A DNA stretch of 64,000 bases, taken from the NCBI GenBank assembly GCA_964106645.2, contig OZ067043.1, one strand, 5' to 3'. This document shows, one piece after another, positions 1 through 12,699 of this stretch (position 1 is its first letter; the number at the start of each line of letters is the position of its first letter). Position numbers and translations under genes: made by a program. Below the pieces are notes generated by a model that worked only from the letters and a program-made list of their open reading frames with translations, did not search any database and had not been told where the DNA came from. Source of the DNA: Podarcis pityusensis (taxonomy: Eukaryota).

Positions 1-489
1 GGCAGAGGCTCAGCTCCATGACATGCTATTTTCCTATGTCCAGGGAAGGGTTTGGGGGTTTTGCTCAGTTTTGCTATTTCTTAAAGATGCAATTGCTGCA
101 GGTAAGAAAAAAGGCAGAGGATGCGTAAGGCGGAGAACTTTTGAGTCTACGGTTTGATGCTGTTGCTTCTGTGTTTGGACAGCAAGGGCAGAGGCTATCA
201 TGGAGGAGAAAGCGATCCATGGCTACTATCAATGCTCTGCCTCAAAGGCTGGAGGCAGTGATGCTTCTGAATGCCAGCTGCTGGAAGCTAAAGGAGGGGA
301 GGATGATCTAAATCCAACAGACTCATCTTATGTTCAATAGCTGCTCAGCTACTGAGCATTCTAAATAACGCCGGCTGGTTAAGTGTGCTATAAGGAAGTG
401 GTCCTTCTCTTACTAAATTAGCAAAAATGCACAGAGCAGCTACAAATATTTGTTGGAAGTGTAAAGAAAAAGAAGGCACATTCTACCAC

Positions 490-915
490 CAGTGCCGGAT
501 TTACGTATAAGCTAAACAAGCTATAGCTTAGGGTCCCACTCTCTTGGGGGTCCCAAAAAATTTAAAGGGGGAAAAAAACCTGGATGTACATTTCCAAAAT
601 AGAAGAGAAAAAACAAATAAAATAAAACCTACATACAGCAACAGTGTTTGGTGTTGTGTAGGCTACTGAGATGTAAGTAATGGGCCGCACCTGCTAGCCT
701 GTTCCCTAAAATATCACTGGTTTGCTCATTTCTATATACAGGGTGCCTACATTCTGCATGGATTGGTTGCATGGCAACATGTGCAAATGGCTTGAGATAC
801 CTGTTAGGTCCATAAATTACCATATAGCATATATTCAACACAAAAAACAGCAACATATAAAGGGCCCCATTATCTTCAGTAACGTAGGGACTCATCAAAC
901 CGAAATCCGGCCCTG
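490..915. mobile_element. hAT-family MITE
   Basis: TIRs CAGTGCCGGATTT / CAGGGCCGGATTT; perfect 8-bp TSD tctaccac (482-489, 916-923). Confidence 0.9.
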
Positions 916-1453
916 TCTACCACATGTGGTGGACGTGCAAGAGAACGAAAGCATATTGGGAAATGATTTATAATGAGTTGAAAAAAATGTTTAAAATAAC
1001 TTTTGTGGGAAAAAACCAGAAGCCTTTTTTACTAGGAATTTTTGGTTCAGGAATACTGAAGGAGCAGAAAAAACTGTTTATGTACGCAACAACAGCTGCA
1101 AGGATACTTCTGTCCCAGAAATGGAAGGAAGACAAAGTCCCTACCAGAGAAGAATGGTTAACAAAAATGATGGACTATGCTGAAATGGCAAAAATGACTG
1201 GGAAGATCAGAAACCAAGAAGACATCAAATTTAATAAAGAACAGGGAAAATTTGTAACTTGTTTAGAAGCACACTGTAAACAATTAAAAACATTGGCAGG
1301 ATTTTAACAAAACTTGCAATGTAACAAGAACTATGGTAACAATTGACTATTAAGGAAATATGGAGGACATTATACAATGCCGTTGAAAGAGAATAACCAT
1401 GGAACCCATGGAGGGGTAGAGGGAAGACTGGGATTCAGAAAATCCTATTTGTA

Positions 1454-1661
1454 CAGTGGTATCGCTAGTTGTGGACTTAATCTGTTTCGGGGTGCCATTC
1501 GCACCCTGAAAAGTCCGCAACTAGAGCGCCTTTTCTGCGCATGTGCGTGGCGCGATCGCTTCTGCGCGTGCGGTGAACCCGGAACTAAACACTTGCGGGT
1601 TTGCTGCATTCGTAAGCTGAAAGTCCGTAAGAAGAGCGGAACGCAACACAAGGTATGACTG
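1454..1661. mobile_element. Tc1/mariner (Tigger-like) MITE, GCGCATGCGC-type family
   Basis: TA-flanked CAGTGGTA...TATGACTG ends; same family at 6572, 24102, 46917 and 49681. Confidence 0.85.
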
Positions 1662-1748
1662 TACATGATTATGATTTATATACTAATGTAAATATTAAAT
1701 ATAAAACTGAATAAAAATATTTTTTTAAAAAGAGGATGTGGTCCTTAC

Positions 1749-1869
1749 CAAGCAAGCAGAGGGTGTGCATGCCGTTTCTTCTGTTTTTGGCTATTTTGTC
1801 ATAAAAGCTCTCGGGCTTCCACGTATCGGTCCAGAAAACGACAGACACAACTTCTCCGAAATTGTAGAG
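1749..1869 (-). CDS. DPH5: DPH5 exon 5 (121 nt); later exons are outside the window
   Basis: [40 protein letters not shown](D); acceptor cttttcatggcag, donor GTAAGG. Confidence 0.97.
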
Positions 1870-3084
1870 CTGCCATGAAAAGAGGGAGAGGTGGGGAGAT
1901 GATAATGAGAAAGACACCTATCAGAATAAAAACTATAGACACAAGACTTAACATGGCGTTATGCGATGTGCAACATCGAGAGATTTTGATGGGAAGGGCC
2001 AAATCTCAGTGTTTGGTATCTCCAGATGGGGCTGGGAGAGACGGCTACCTGCTTTTCCAAGTTGAATTCAAAAGTGGCTCATAATAACGATAAAAGGATT
2101 GACAAATTAAAAACTACAATGCCCCCGAGGAGTGTCACACCGTAGGCTGAAGTGGCGGCGAGGCTGATAAAACTTTTTTTAAAAGATAAAAATCAGCGGT
2201 TGCTTGATAGTTAAATGCAAGATTCACCAACAACTTAAAATTATTCCCCCACACCTCTGCAGAAGATAAATGAGCTGCCACAGTGTATGTGTGTGTGTGA
2301 GTGAGATGCTTGTTCCAACGTGAGTTCAAGTCGTACCTAAAGCCCTGTGTTTCAAGATTCCAAACAGGATGGTAAACACACTTTTTAAAAATAAATTATT
2401 TTCAACATCACAAGCTGGCACGAAACGTTTACAAAAGGGATTCAAAAGAAAATGAGCTGGTTGTGAACAGTGCCCAATCCAAAATAGCAGAGGAAAATGG
2501 TACACAAACAGAACGGACAAAGATAAATCATAACTGATATTTTGAGGTCGTTTCCCCCTGCCTTCAGGATCCTACGACCTTGCACATTTCACAAAATAAA
2601 TTTAAAGTAGCTGTTTGTGTACAAGTCTTAAAGAAAGTCTTAGGTGCCTGGGATCAATAAGACTAGTTTTAATGGGTGAGGGGTTTTGTTCTAAGAAAAA
2701 CTTGCACTTTTTGGTGGAGACATTTGGGGCTTTGTAAACATTGAAAGAAAGAAAAAAACAGGGAAAGCGCCTCAAAGAAAACAAAACAGGATCCAGTGAT
2801 CTCTGATGTAAAACTTTTTTTTCTTGTAAGTCAATATTTTTCAGAGTAAAATGCTCCTTTGGGAATTCCAAGTTGAACCTTGCAATGGTTTGACATGGAT
2901 GTGGAGAAAATAACATTTTGCTCCCTCACTTTTTCATGCTGGTTTTTGAGTTGCTTATATTTTTAAAAACAGGGTGATTTTGAATCTTAACTACTTGTAT
3001 CCTTCTCAAATTCCAAAAGGAGTCTTTTACTCCCAAAGATGCTGAGTTTTGCTTTGTAAATATCACCTTAGTCGAAAGAGTTGA

Positions 3085-3690
3085 AAGCCCGTTTTTCTAT
3101 GTATGATTTCAGGGATATTCAAAGCTACTCCTGCTTATTTAATTAGGGCACAGTTAGGTTCTGACACCGTCCTGGGCTTAATACAGATTAGGATGCTGAA
3201 TCGCTGGTGCAGAATAATTCATATAGATGAAGATAAGGCAGATCTTTGTGTGTCTGAGGAACAGATGGTGCTAGCGCTGGACAGTTTCTAGTTTCAAAAA
3301 TTTTCTGACGTATTACTGCATTATGGATTCTCGGTGCAGGGGCTGAATTCATTTGGAAATGTAGCCAGAAGCATTCCCTTGAAAACAGAATACAAGAAAG
3401 TTTGTTCTCAACTCTGTTTTGAACAGTTGGAACCAATGGAGAGATTTGGGAGCATACCAGCTCCAGGCAAATTATGTATTTCCGAAGGAGCAACACTGGT
3501 TATATTCTTGAATGCAAACTTTATGGGCAGCAACTGATTTCAGTGCATTATTCTTAAATTGTTGGGTCCAAGATCTTGAAGCCGGGGGGGGGGGGCGGGA
3601 ATGTTTAAAGAAATTGAAGTGTTGGAAAATGAAAGAAAAAAATATGATTTTTATTACAAGGCTCAGAAGATAGTCTCTTTTGCTGCAAAG
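3085..3690 (+). mobile_element. Degraded RTE-X-like LINE relic
   Basis: IFKATPAYLIRAQLG...NRWCRI resembles the post-RT region of the intact element at 15092-16257; frameshifted. Confidence 0.5.
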
Positions 3691-3698
3691 GCTTATAG

Positions 3699-4038
3699 CA
3701 GGCATGGCCAAAGTCCGTTTTGGGGGCCTCGTGGCAGTATATGTTCTGGGGTAAAATCCTTTAAAAAGCTCAAGAACTTTGAAGGGCCACTATCTGACTG
3801 TTGATTCCGGACCCCAAACTGTGCTTTTATACTAAATTTCATTTTTTCTGTGTATGTGTATATTGTAATGTTTTATCATTGCTATGGCCATTGGCTAATG
3901 CAAATAAAGTTTCTATCTACCTCAACAACTTTGGGGTAAAATTGTAAAAGAAGCTCAACAACTTCAACCCTAAAAAAAGCTTAACAACTTTGGTCGGCCC
4001 TCAATCTGGCCCTCTTTGAAAAAAGTTTGGGACCCGTG
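3699..4038. mobile_element. hAT (Charlie/Buster-type) MITE containing a LINE 3' tail (3782-3920)
   Basis: TSD gcttatag/gcttacag (NNNTANNN). The internal insert ends in gctaatgcaaataaa and is flanked by ctcaa(g/c)aactttg duplications. Confidence 0.7.
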
Positions 4039-5676
4039 GCTTACAGTCTCATGAAAAGGGATTTGGAATTTATCTCAGCTAATGCCTGTTGAGTTTCTGA
4101 AGTCATATATTTCTCCTATTTTTAGTTTTGTTTCTGAAAACATTTTAACTATTTTTGGTCCCTTATGTATATTTTTATGTGTAGTTTTTAATGTGTTTTA
4201 TTTTGTTTTACTTTTTTTTATCTTGACGCATCCTCAAATTTTATTCAGCAGAGCGTGAGACAGCTCACATGTCAGTACTGATGAGGCTTGTTGGTTGAGT
4301 GGGCAGCAATGGGGAACCTGTCCCCATTCAGAGGTTGCCTATCACCCCACGCGGCTAAGTTAGAACGTTTATCTTATACACCATTGGTCCAGCGACGTCC
4401 CTGCCCCTTGGTCAATGGTTCTTGCTCAGTCAATGATTCTTGGAATATTACACAAGGTGTCCTCTTCAAATACAACACTTGGGTAATCCAGAAAGAGAAT
4501 GAGAAATCCAGATTTTGCATTTCACAACCAAAATAGCCCTGCCAGTAACTTGCGGGGACGGGTGGGAATTTGCTCAAAATACAACCAGGAATTACTGTCA
4601 GCTGACCACTGCATTACTCCAAATAAGGGGAAAAGTCAATAGGCAACGTTTAACCCTTTGATTCATACTTGGCTTGAGTATTTTAACTTTTGAGTATTTT
4701 CCTATTTAGGTCAAAGGTCTCCCCGCCCCCTGTTGTCTTTTGCTGAATCCCAGACTTGATCACAGTCTGCCAAAGCGTACAGCTGTCAGTTCCTTTGCTC
4801 TGGGTCAATGAAAGTGGTTTTAAAAATCACGAGACAGAAAGAAGCCCATGCTCCAACGCTCAGTCCACAGAATTCTCCGTCACTCCTGAACATTATTCAG
4901 CCAGGCCCCATTGTGATGAGTTTGAACTCTAAATGCATGTAGCTTAGAGAGCCACTCGGCTGCAGCCTTCCCAAACAGACACAAGCCATCAGCTTAAGCT
5001 CCTTTTCTTTAAAAAGAAAAAAAAACCTACAAAGGTGTTTCCTGTTTTTCAGTAACCAAGGCCAGACTAATGGAGCAGGAGTCTTTTGCATCGACAAAAT
5101 CAGACTTAAACTAAAATGCAAAAAAGGAAGTCAGCCCTTATTTTCTGAACATCATATTCCTATCGTTTAAGAAAGCGCCCCTAACTTTTGTTGTTTCAAA
5201 TCTTATCGGCACAAGTCAAATCCACTGATCCAAATCAAATTTGTCCCCGGCATCTGACACTCGCAGGTATACTGTCACTGATAATGGAGGCTCCATTTAG
5301 GGGGAAGGGCTAGGAGCCGTTGACAGACCCATCCCTCTGCAGATTTCTCCAATGGTCTAAGCCCACTTTACAAGCTACCCTCCCTGGGGACCTTGCCATG
5401 TCTCTTGTGGCAATTTCGCAATTTAGTTTGGTGCTATGTGACATGGAACCTCCCCTTTCCTTTATGTGAAACGTAGAGGAAATCGCCTTCTAAGGATGAG
5501 AAGCACACTAAAACCCACCCTTTGAGGCTCAGCTGTTTCTCAGCTCCAGCCCCAGAGGCAACTATGCAAATAAATTCTTCTCTTTCTTCTTCTTCTTCTA
5601 CTTCTTCCCCAGCTTCATGACACCCAGTGCGGAGAATCTCTCTTAGCCTCTCCAATATTTGCTTCTGGGCAGTGTA

Positions 5677-6050
5677 AGGTAAAGGTAAAGGTAAAGGTAA
5701 AGATAAAGGGACCCCTGACCATTAGGTCCAGTTGTGGATAACTCGGGGGTTGCGGCGCTCATCTCGCTTTATTGGCTGAGGGAGCCGGCGTACAGCTTCC
5801 GGGTCATGTGCCCAGCATGACTAAGCCACTTCTGGCGAATCAGAGCACCGCACGGAAACGCCGTTTACCTTTCCACCAGAGCAGTACCTATTTATCTCCT
5901 TGCACTTTGACACGCTTTTGAACTGCTATGTTGGCAGGAGCAGGGACTGAGCAACGGGAGCTCACTCTGTCGCGGGGATTCGAACCGCCGACCTTCTGAT
6001 CGGCAAGTCCTAGGCTCTGTGGTTTAACCCACAGCGCCACCCCCGTCCCA
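5677..6050 (-). mobile_element. Sauria (Squam1) SINE, full length
   Basis: tRNA-derived head with A/B boxes (ggtggcgctgtggg..ggttcgaatccc), (ACCTTT)n tail, TSD tct(g/a)ggcagtgta. Confidence 0.93.
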
Positions 6051-6571
6051 CTCTAGGCAGTGTAGTTGTGATTTAAATCACGATTTAAATCACTAATTGG
6101 TAAGACTTGATTTAAATAAAAAATATTTACAGAAAGACTCATTCTTTCTGGTATGATCTTAATATTTACAACCAGATGAAGGTTTCATTTTTGGAATAAT
6201 AAATTGTCAGAGTAGTTTTTACAGTTATATCAAAAATTACTGATTTGGTTATACCATTAGAAATACATAGACAGGTGTTTATATTTGGACAACTTTTCTG
6301 CTGTACTTTATTGGAAGGAGAAAAATAATCATTTCCTTAATAACAATTTAAACAATTTATTTAACTAAAACAATAACATCATAGCATATGTATCCATGTT
6401 TGTTAACTGATGTGGTTAAACAATTTTTTGTTAAAACAATACCAGACTGAGTTTTAACACACATGAAAAACTCAAAATAAATCCTTATTTCCTGATGAAT
6501 AGCCTTTGGACTATACTGTAACTTAAATAGAAAACTATCTTTCGAAAGATTTTTCCTTCAAAAGCATTTTA

Positions 6572-6959
6572 CAGTGGACCCTCCGGATACGAACTTAATT
6601 CCTCCTGGGGGTCCGCAGTGGCCTAGCGTGGGTTGTCAGCACCCGGGGCAAGGCAAGTAATTTGTGAGTGAGCCAGGTAGGGGCAGAGAGCTGCGAGTGC
6701 AAGCACGCCCCCCCCCAGATGTTGTGCCCGGTGCGGCCGGCCCCCCCTGCACCCCCACGCTACGCCACTGGGGGTCCGTACTTACCCTGAAAAGTCGGTA
6801 TCCAGAGACACCGCTTCTGCGCATGCGCAAAGCGCAATAGAGCACTTCTGCGTATGTGTGAAGAGCGCTTCTGCGCATGGCGAAACAGCACTTCCGGGTT
6901 TGCCGCGTTTGCAACCCGAAATTACGTTACTCAAAGGTAACGTAACCCGGGTACCACTG
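6572..6959. mobile_element. Tigger-like MITE with internal hAT MITE
   Basis: TA TSD; CAGTGGACC...GGTACCACTG ends. Confidence 0.85.
6616..6770. mobile_element. GC-rich hAT MITE (155 bp)
   Basis: 17-bp TIR CAGTGGC(C/G)TAGCGTGGG; perfect 8-bp TSD ggggtccg (6608-6615, 6771-6778). Confidence 0.9.
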
Positions 6960-7310
6960 TATTTTAAAAATCTGATTTAAAGTTTAAAAAATCTGACTTT
7001 TTTATTTTAATTTTTTAAGCCATTGATATTTATTCACCCTGTTTCCAGGGCATCAAGAACAGCATTGCCCCCATTCATAAAGCTTTTACTTCTTAGAAGC
7101 TCAGTTACATCATGCTGTTTTATAAAAAAGGAGAGAGAGAGAAAGGAAACGCCACAGAGAGTCTGGCCACAAAGTGTGCAACTCCTCACAGCTGTTTCCT
7201 ACAGATTGGAAGGCGTGCCTCAAGCCCGCGCTCTGCAGAAACCCGTTTGGAGAAGTAAACAGAGTTGTGGTTTCCCGCTGCCGGAACGCCACGTGCGCGA
7301 GAGGTGTTAC

Positions 7311-7419
7311 CTGGAGGCCGCAACAGCCGACGGCGTTGAGTATGGAGGCATTGTGGATGACTCTGTAGGGCACTCCCAACTTCACCGCCCGGAGGACGAG
7401 GTCACTGTGTGTTGTCGCC
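7311..7419 (-). CDS. DPH5: DPH5 exon 4 (109 nt)
   Basis: (G)ATTHSDLVLRAVKLGVPYRVIHNASILNAVGCCGLQ; acceptor ccttactgcag, donor GTAACA; phase 2 to phase 0. Confidence 0.97.
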
Positions 7420-7660
7420 CTGCAGTAAGGAGGAAGCGGGTTATATGGGGGGTACAGAGGGCCTGAACTGGGCCTCACTGACTTAAAACAGCCTTCCACA
7501 ACCTGGTGCCCTCCAAACATTCCTTGGATTCCCAAATTCCTATCAGCCCCCAGCCAGTACTGACCGATGGGCAGGGATGATGGGAGTTGTAGTCCAACAA
7601 AACATCTGAAGAGCACTGCGTGTGTGTGTCTATTATGTGTGGGGAGGCGGTTTAAGAATA

Positions 7661-7863
7661 CAGTGGTACCTTGGGTAACAGATGCTTCAGGTTACAGACT
7701 TTGCTAACCCAAGAAATTGTACCTGGCTTCAGGATGAGAACAAGAAATCGCGCCACAGCAGCAGCAGGAGGCCCCATTAGCTAAAGTGGTACCTCAGGTT
7801 AAGAACAGTTTCAGGTTAAGAATGGACCAGAACGAATTAAGTTCTTAACCCGAGGTACCACTG
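7661..7863. mobile_element. Tigger-like MITE, GGTTAAGAAC-type family
   Basis: CAGTGGTACC TIRs; same family at 44603-44828 and, inverted, at 60762-60978. Confidence 0.85.
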
Positions 7864-9634
7864 TGCTTCTACCCAGTTCTCTTTTTCTTGAAAAAGAGGT
7901 GCTGAAACCTGCCATGAGTGAATTATCTTAGAATGGCAATGGCGCCTACCTGAGAGGTGCCGTAACGGAGTTCCAGTGAGTTCTGGCTGGAAAAAATGTC
8001 CTGTTTCTACCAAACTTCTCACAGCTACTCAAATAAATAAGCGCCTGCACGTATATAGGAAGCACAGGAAGTAAAAAATAATTAAAAAATGGAGAGGCGA
8101 ACTCAAAGTGCTGGAGGAAAAGAAACACACTTTTTATTTACTGCAATTAAGTGCATTCCTCTTTCTTCAGCACCTCGAGGTTGGTTCTCCTGTTTCGTCC
8201 TTTGTGAAAGACACATAATGCATCATACACAAACAAGCAAAGATCCTGAGGGTGAATCTGTACACTTTTTGACCTATGAAGCCTTAAACAGCTCAGGACC
8301 ACAAGTACAATGAGTTAAGAGCAGGGGCAGGTTCTAAGTTTGCACTGAAGACACTTTAGCAATGTAACCATGCGGAAAGTGAAGGAGGCAGCTTTTTTTG
8401 CAGTTTAACTTGAATAACGCTGTAATAACGCAGTTTTGCCTGCTAGTTAGACCTCCCCTTCTTTTTTGCCTCTCACAGAAGACTGCAGAGCATCTTGCTG
8501 ACTGGCAAACATCAGCACGCAGAGCAGCACTGGCATAACTCCCATCCTCTTCTTAATTACTGTGCAAACGGGCCCTTGTGCAATTGTAAACGAGAAACTT
8601 TGCATGCATGCTCTAAACTTGCACCAGTATGCAAAATGGGTTTTGTTTTCTAACTGTTCCCATTTGCTATTGAGGAGAACTTCGGGAAAGATGGATTGTC
8701 ACCCTTCAAGAGTGCTAGATCTGTACTGTATATGCCAGACAGACTTCTAACTTTTTATTTTTCCTTAAAAAAATCCATTCTCCTTAGTACAGAAACAAAT
8801 GGTTGGGCAAAGTCAAGGGAAGAGTACTAGAGTGGACAAACAGCATGCAAATTAAGGCACAGATTGATGGGCATCCCCTGTTGAAAGCAGATTGCCATCC
8901 TCACTTTTGCTCAAAAGGGTCGTCTGAATCTATATGGCCTGCCCCATCTGAACTATTTTGTGGGGTGGCGACGTTTGCAAGGCAGACCCATCCAAAGATA
9001 GCTGCCAAAACATAACCTCTCCTGCAGCATCTACGATTCCTGAAAGCCCCGACTTTGTAAATGTTGCTGCTCAAGTATTCATCAATCATGTTCACTGCAT
9101 TAGGCAGCCGGGTGTGGAAATGCATTTAAATAAGAAACGCAAAGCTGAACAATGGCTTCAGCTGCCCTCTTTTCCCCAAGGTGTCTTAGTTCAGTGCTGC
9201 TCATTCCATGGAGGTGAGCAGGGAACAGAAACAGCATCTGGTGGGGGAGCATGATTAAGCAGCCCTCTTCCAGCCACAGGCACTGAATTTCCAAAAGCGC
9301 CCCAGAAAGTCTCTCTCTGCCTAAACCCCGCTCCTTTCCTAACATTTTGTGTCACTTGGAGTTTTTAGACACTAGACAAAGGGAACTGGATTTACAGCTT
9401 TTCCCATAGAAGGTCTGTGGTCACTTCTTGATTCTAGCTTGTCACCAGAAGCTCTGGTGGCCCAGTGGCCCAGAATACTGACTGCCAGCTATCGCTGTTC
9501 CTGGACAAGGTTTAGCCCGAAACTTAGGAACATCCCAGCTTGACCACCACAATGTGCTCTGTGTGGAGCTACCCTTAGAGATGGCACGGTGACTATCTGT
9601 CACTAAGCCCAGTTCAAGGGGATGATTTTGACAT

Positions 9635-9979
9635 AGGTAAAGGTAAAGGGACCCCTGACCGTTAGGTCCAGTCGTGACCGACTCTGGGGTTGTGGCGCTC
9701 ATCTCGCTTTATTGGCCAAGGGAGCCAGCGTACAGCTTCCAGGTCATGTGGCCAGCAGGACTAAGCCGCTTCTGGCGAACCAGAGCAGTGCACAGAAACG
9801 CCGTTTACCTTCCCGCCGGAGCAGTACCTATTTATCTACTTGCATTTGCATGTGCTTTTGAACTGCTAAGTTGGCAGGAGTAGGGGCCGAGCAACGGGAG
9901 CTCACCGTGTCGCGGGGATTCGAACCGCCAACCTTCTGATCGGCAAGTCCCAGGCTCTGTGGTTTAACCCACAGCGCCA
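9635..9979 (-). mobile_element. Sauria SINE, near full length
   Basis: Highly similar to 5677-6050 and 17516-17872. Confidence 0.93.
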
Positions 9980-10429
9980 GCATGGAGACAGACAAACTGA
10001 AAAACCCTGCTACTATCCTTCCCCTGAGCCACAATTGTCAAGGATGCTTTAGCTGAGATTCCTGCATTGCAGGGGGTTGGAGTAGATGAACCCTGGCATC
10101 ACTTCCAACTCTACAATTGTATGATTAGCCAGTGAACCCCTAATAGTTGAACCATCTTTAGTGTTATACTAGAGCTTGGAATAGGGGTTTCTCTGAAATC
10201 AGACAGCAAAGGTTCTGGCGACAGCTCAAACTATTTCTGTCCTTTTGGGCCTTTGAACAAGAGTACTTTCCTGTTGATTGTAACTGTTGATCAAATACAA
10301 TGGATACCGTGATTGCTTAGCACAAGGAGCTTTCAATAGATTTATTCTTGTATGGCAGCCTTTCTCAAACTTCGGCTCCCAGATGTTCTTGAACTACAAC
10401 TCCCAGGACTGCTCAGGACTGCAATACTT

Positions 10430-10840
10430 CAAGGATTTGCCTCTTTCCATATGAACCTACCCAGACCCTGAGATCATCTTCTGAGGCCCTTCTTTGTGTG
10501 CTTCCTCAAGATGTCAGGAGGGTGGCAACACGAGAACGGGCCTTCTCTGCAGTGGCTCCCCGTCTGTGGAATGCTCTCCCCAGGGAAGTTCGCCTGGCTC
10601 CTTCATTATACACTTTTAGGTGCCAGGCAAAAACGTTCCTTTTTAACCAGGCCTTTGGTTGATTTGACTGACATCCTATGCCCTTTTAAAATGTGGTTTT
10701 TTTGGGGGGGGGCTATCGGGTTGTTGTTTTCATTTTTATTAGGTATTTTGTGGTTTTATATCTTAATTTTATTCTGTGAACCGCCCTGAGACCTCCAGGT
10801 ATAGGGCGGTATATAAATTCAATAATGATCATCATCATCA
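10430..10840 (+). mobile_element. L2 LINE 3' end
   Basis: RAFSAVAPRLWNALP-type ORF2 end, 3' stem-loop tgtgaaccgccctgagacc..tatagggcggtatataaat and a short-repeat tail. Confidence 0.8.
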
Positions 10841-12699
10841 TCTCTGACCACTGGGCTGACACGCAAAAAATATTTTTGCTGCAGCAGTACAAAGGCGCAA
10901 AATTTTAATAACATTGTTACTTCCATGAATGGCGTAATGACTTTAGTCTCAGCCTGGCATCATCTGCTGTTAAGTACCAGCTCAATTAGAAAAGAGGGGA
11001 GGAGGAAAATGGTATCCTAATATTCCCTAGAGGTATATTTACATTAATTACTCCCCCCCCCCCGCTTGACACATACATTTCTTTATAAGGAGGGTGCCCT
11101 CTCATGATGTGCACGGTGATTACGTTTTCCCAGCCCCCTCCGCCCCCCGCGGCTAACATGGCAATATTAATTTTGAATCACCAGCTGGAGACAAAAAGCT
11201 TGTCTCCTGTATGGCTTGACATTACAGATTGATGATGCTTGACTAGCTAGGGCCTCCTTGCAACAGAAAGGGCTGTGGCTTCCAGGGGGAATAGGAAAAC
11301 AGAACTTAAGAGGCTTAATAGACCAAACTGATAAGGCCTTTGCCACAACCCAGATGTCCGCAGTATACATTAGAAGTGTGTGAGGAACATTGCAGCACCA
11401 AAAGCAAACACATGGCTCAGAGCTGCAAAACGTAATTGAACCGAAACCGCCTTTCAAACAAGTATAATCGAGCATCTTGGGCAACGAATAAGAAAAGCCA
11501 TGCAGGGGGAAATCCAGTCGAATTGCTTTTTGGACAATTGCCACGGATTTTAGGGCTGTCACCTCATTATTGATGGGACAGTTTATATAGGAATACAGGC
11601 CTTCTGTTCACTCGAAAGATGTGCTCCGTATTTTGGCAGACGGGAGATTCCTGATCTACTAACCATAGCTAGGAAACCAGGGGTGCACCATGGCTAGCTA
11701 GCATCCTCTCCAGCGCTTGAAATTTGCCAGGCACATTTTGCACCTGGCTATCGGCCACTTGCAACCAAGTGAAATTGCCCGAGCGTCAGAACGGTGTTTG
11801 ACGTCTCCACCATCTGGAGGTGCAGGTCTGGGGAACTGCACAAATCAAAATGTATTTCAGGAACCAAAAAGTTGCATTGAAGCATACCACTTTTGAGCTA
11901 TCTGACCCAAAAATGGCATCCAGGCATTCCGTTTTGGTGACTGTAACCCTGGTTTAACGAGCCATTTGGCACCTAGCTTATATATCGGAGTTTCTAACAT
12001 TGGCGCTTGCTTCCCCGCTCCTCCCCTTCTGTGGCTTGGCACAGACAAGGGTCAACACTCACTGGATTCACCAGGAACCAAAGGTTGAAAATCCACTTTC
12101 AAACCCTGGTTTCAAATTCGGGTGAGAGCCAGTGTGAATGCGCGGTTGCAGCATGCTTACAGCAACTGTGGGAGAGAGGCAGAAACTTGAGCGAGAGGTG
12201 GGAGGAGGAGTGTGCAAGTCTATGGGATGTTTGCGCCAAGATGTTGCTTTTACTTGGTGCAGATGTTCATTGCAGAACTAATGTAAGCGTTAATTTCAGT
12301 TGTATAGGCTTGGGATGGGCAGAGTTCAGGCTTGTGGGACCTAATTTGGGTTTTTGTTTTTTTCAGCTAGAGCTTTGAAGTCCACCACCTGGAGCCAGGA
12401 GCAAAAAAGTAGCTCGAATGGATGGGTAGATGGATGGCCACCTGTCATGGATGAGATTCCTGCATTGCATGGGGTTGAGCTAGATGACCCTTGGGTTCCC
12501 TTCCACCTCTACAATTCTATGATGCGAAGATTTAAAGGAGGCTCTGAGGAATTTGTGATCGGGACCAGAAGCATGTTCGTAAACCCTTTCAAACCCTTCT
12601 TCCCCCTGACCTGCTGTCCCCATACTTTTAAAAATAATCTCAATTAGGATGTGGCAGGTTTTTTAGCTGTTGTCATTGTTGCTGTTATTATTTCACTTA

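Larger units (their letters stand above)
397..1730 (+). mobile_element. 5'-truncated L1 LINE (ORF2 C-terminus + 3'UTR), interrupted by two MITEs
   Basis: KLAKMHRAATNICWKCKEKEGTFYH|MWWTCKRTKAYW...YATTAARILL..KW is the L1 Cys-rich C-terminal domain. AATAAA/A-rich tail at ~1710-1730. Confidence 0.85.
6065..7041. mobile_element. AT-rich DNA-transposon (hAT-like) remnant hosting nested MITEs
   Basis: Repeated gatttaaatc subterminal motifs and a terminal ...ttattcaccctg. The sequence is continuous across the TA-flanked insertion at 6572-6959. Confidence 0.55.

Noticed and set aside
1-1748. DPH5 exon 6 (DIKVKE..)
   Set aside because: No matching sequence found by eye; the region is mostly L1 and MITE, so exon 6 lies beyond the window edge.
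8901-9254. ORFs 8901-9125 and 8958-9254 as the missing DPH5 exon, or a C/D snoRNA (TGATGA-like motif on the minus strand)
   Set aside because: The true exon 3 is at 14172-14296. There is no protein similarity, and I found no convincing box D or terminal stem.
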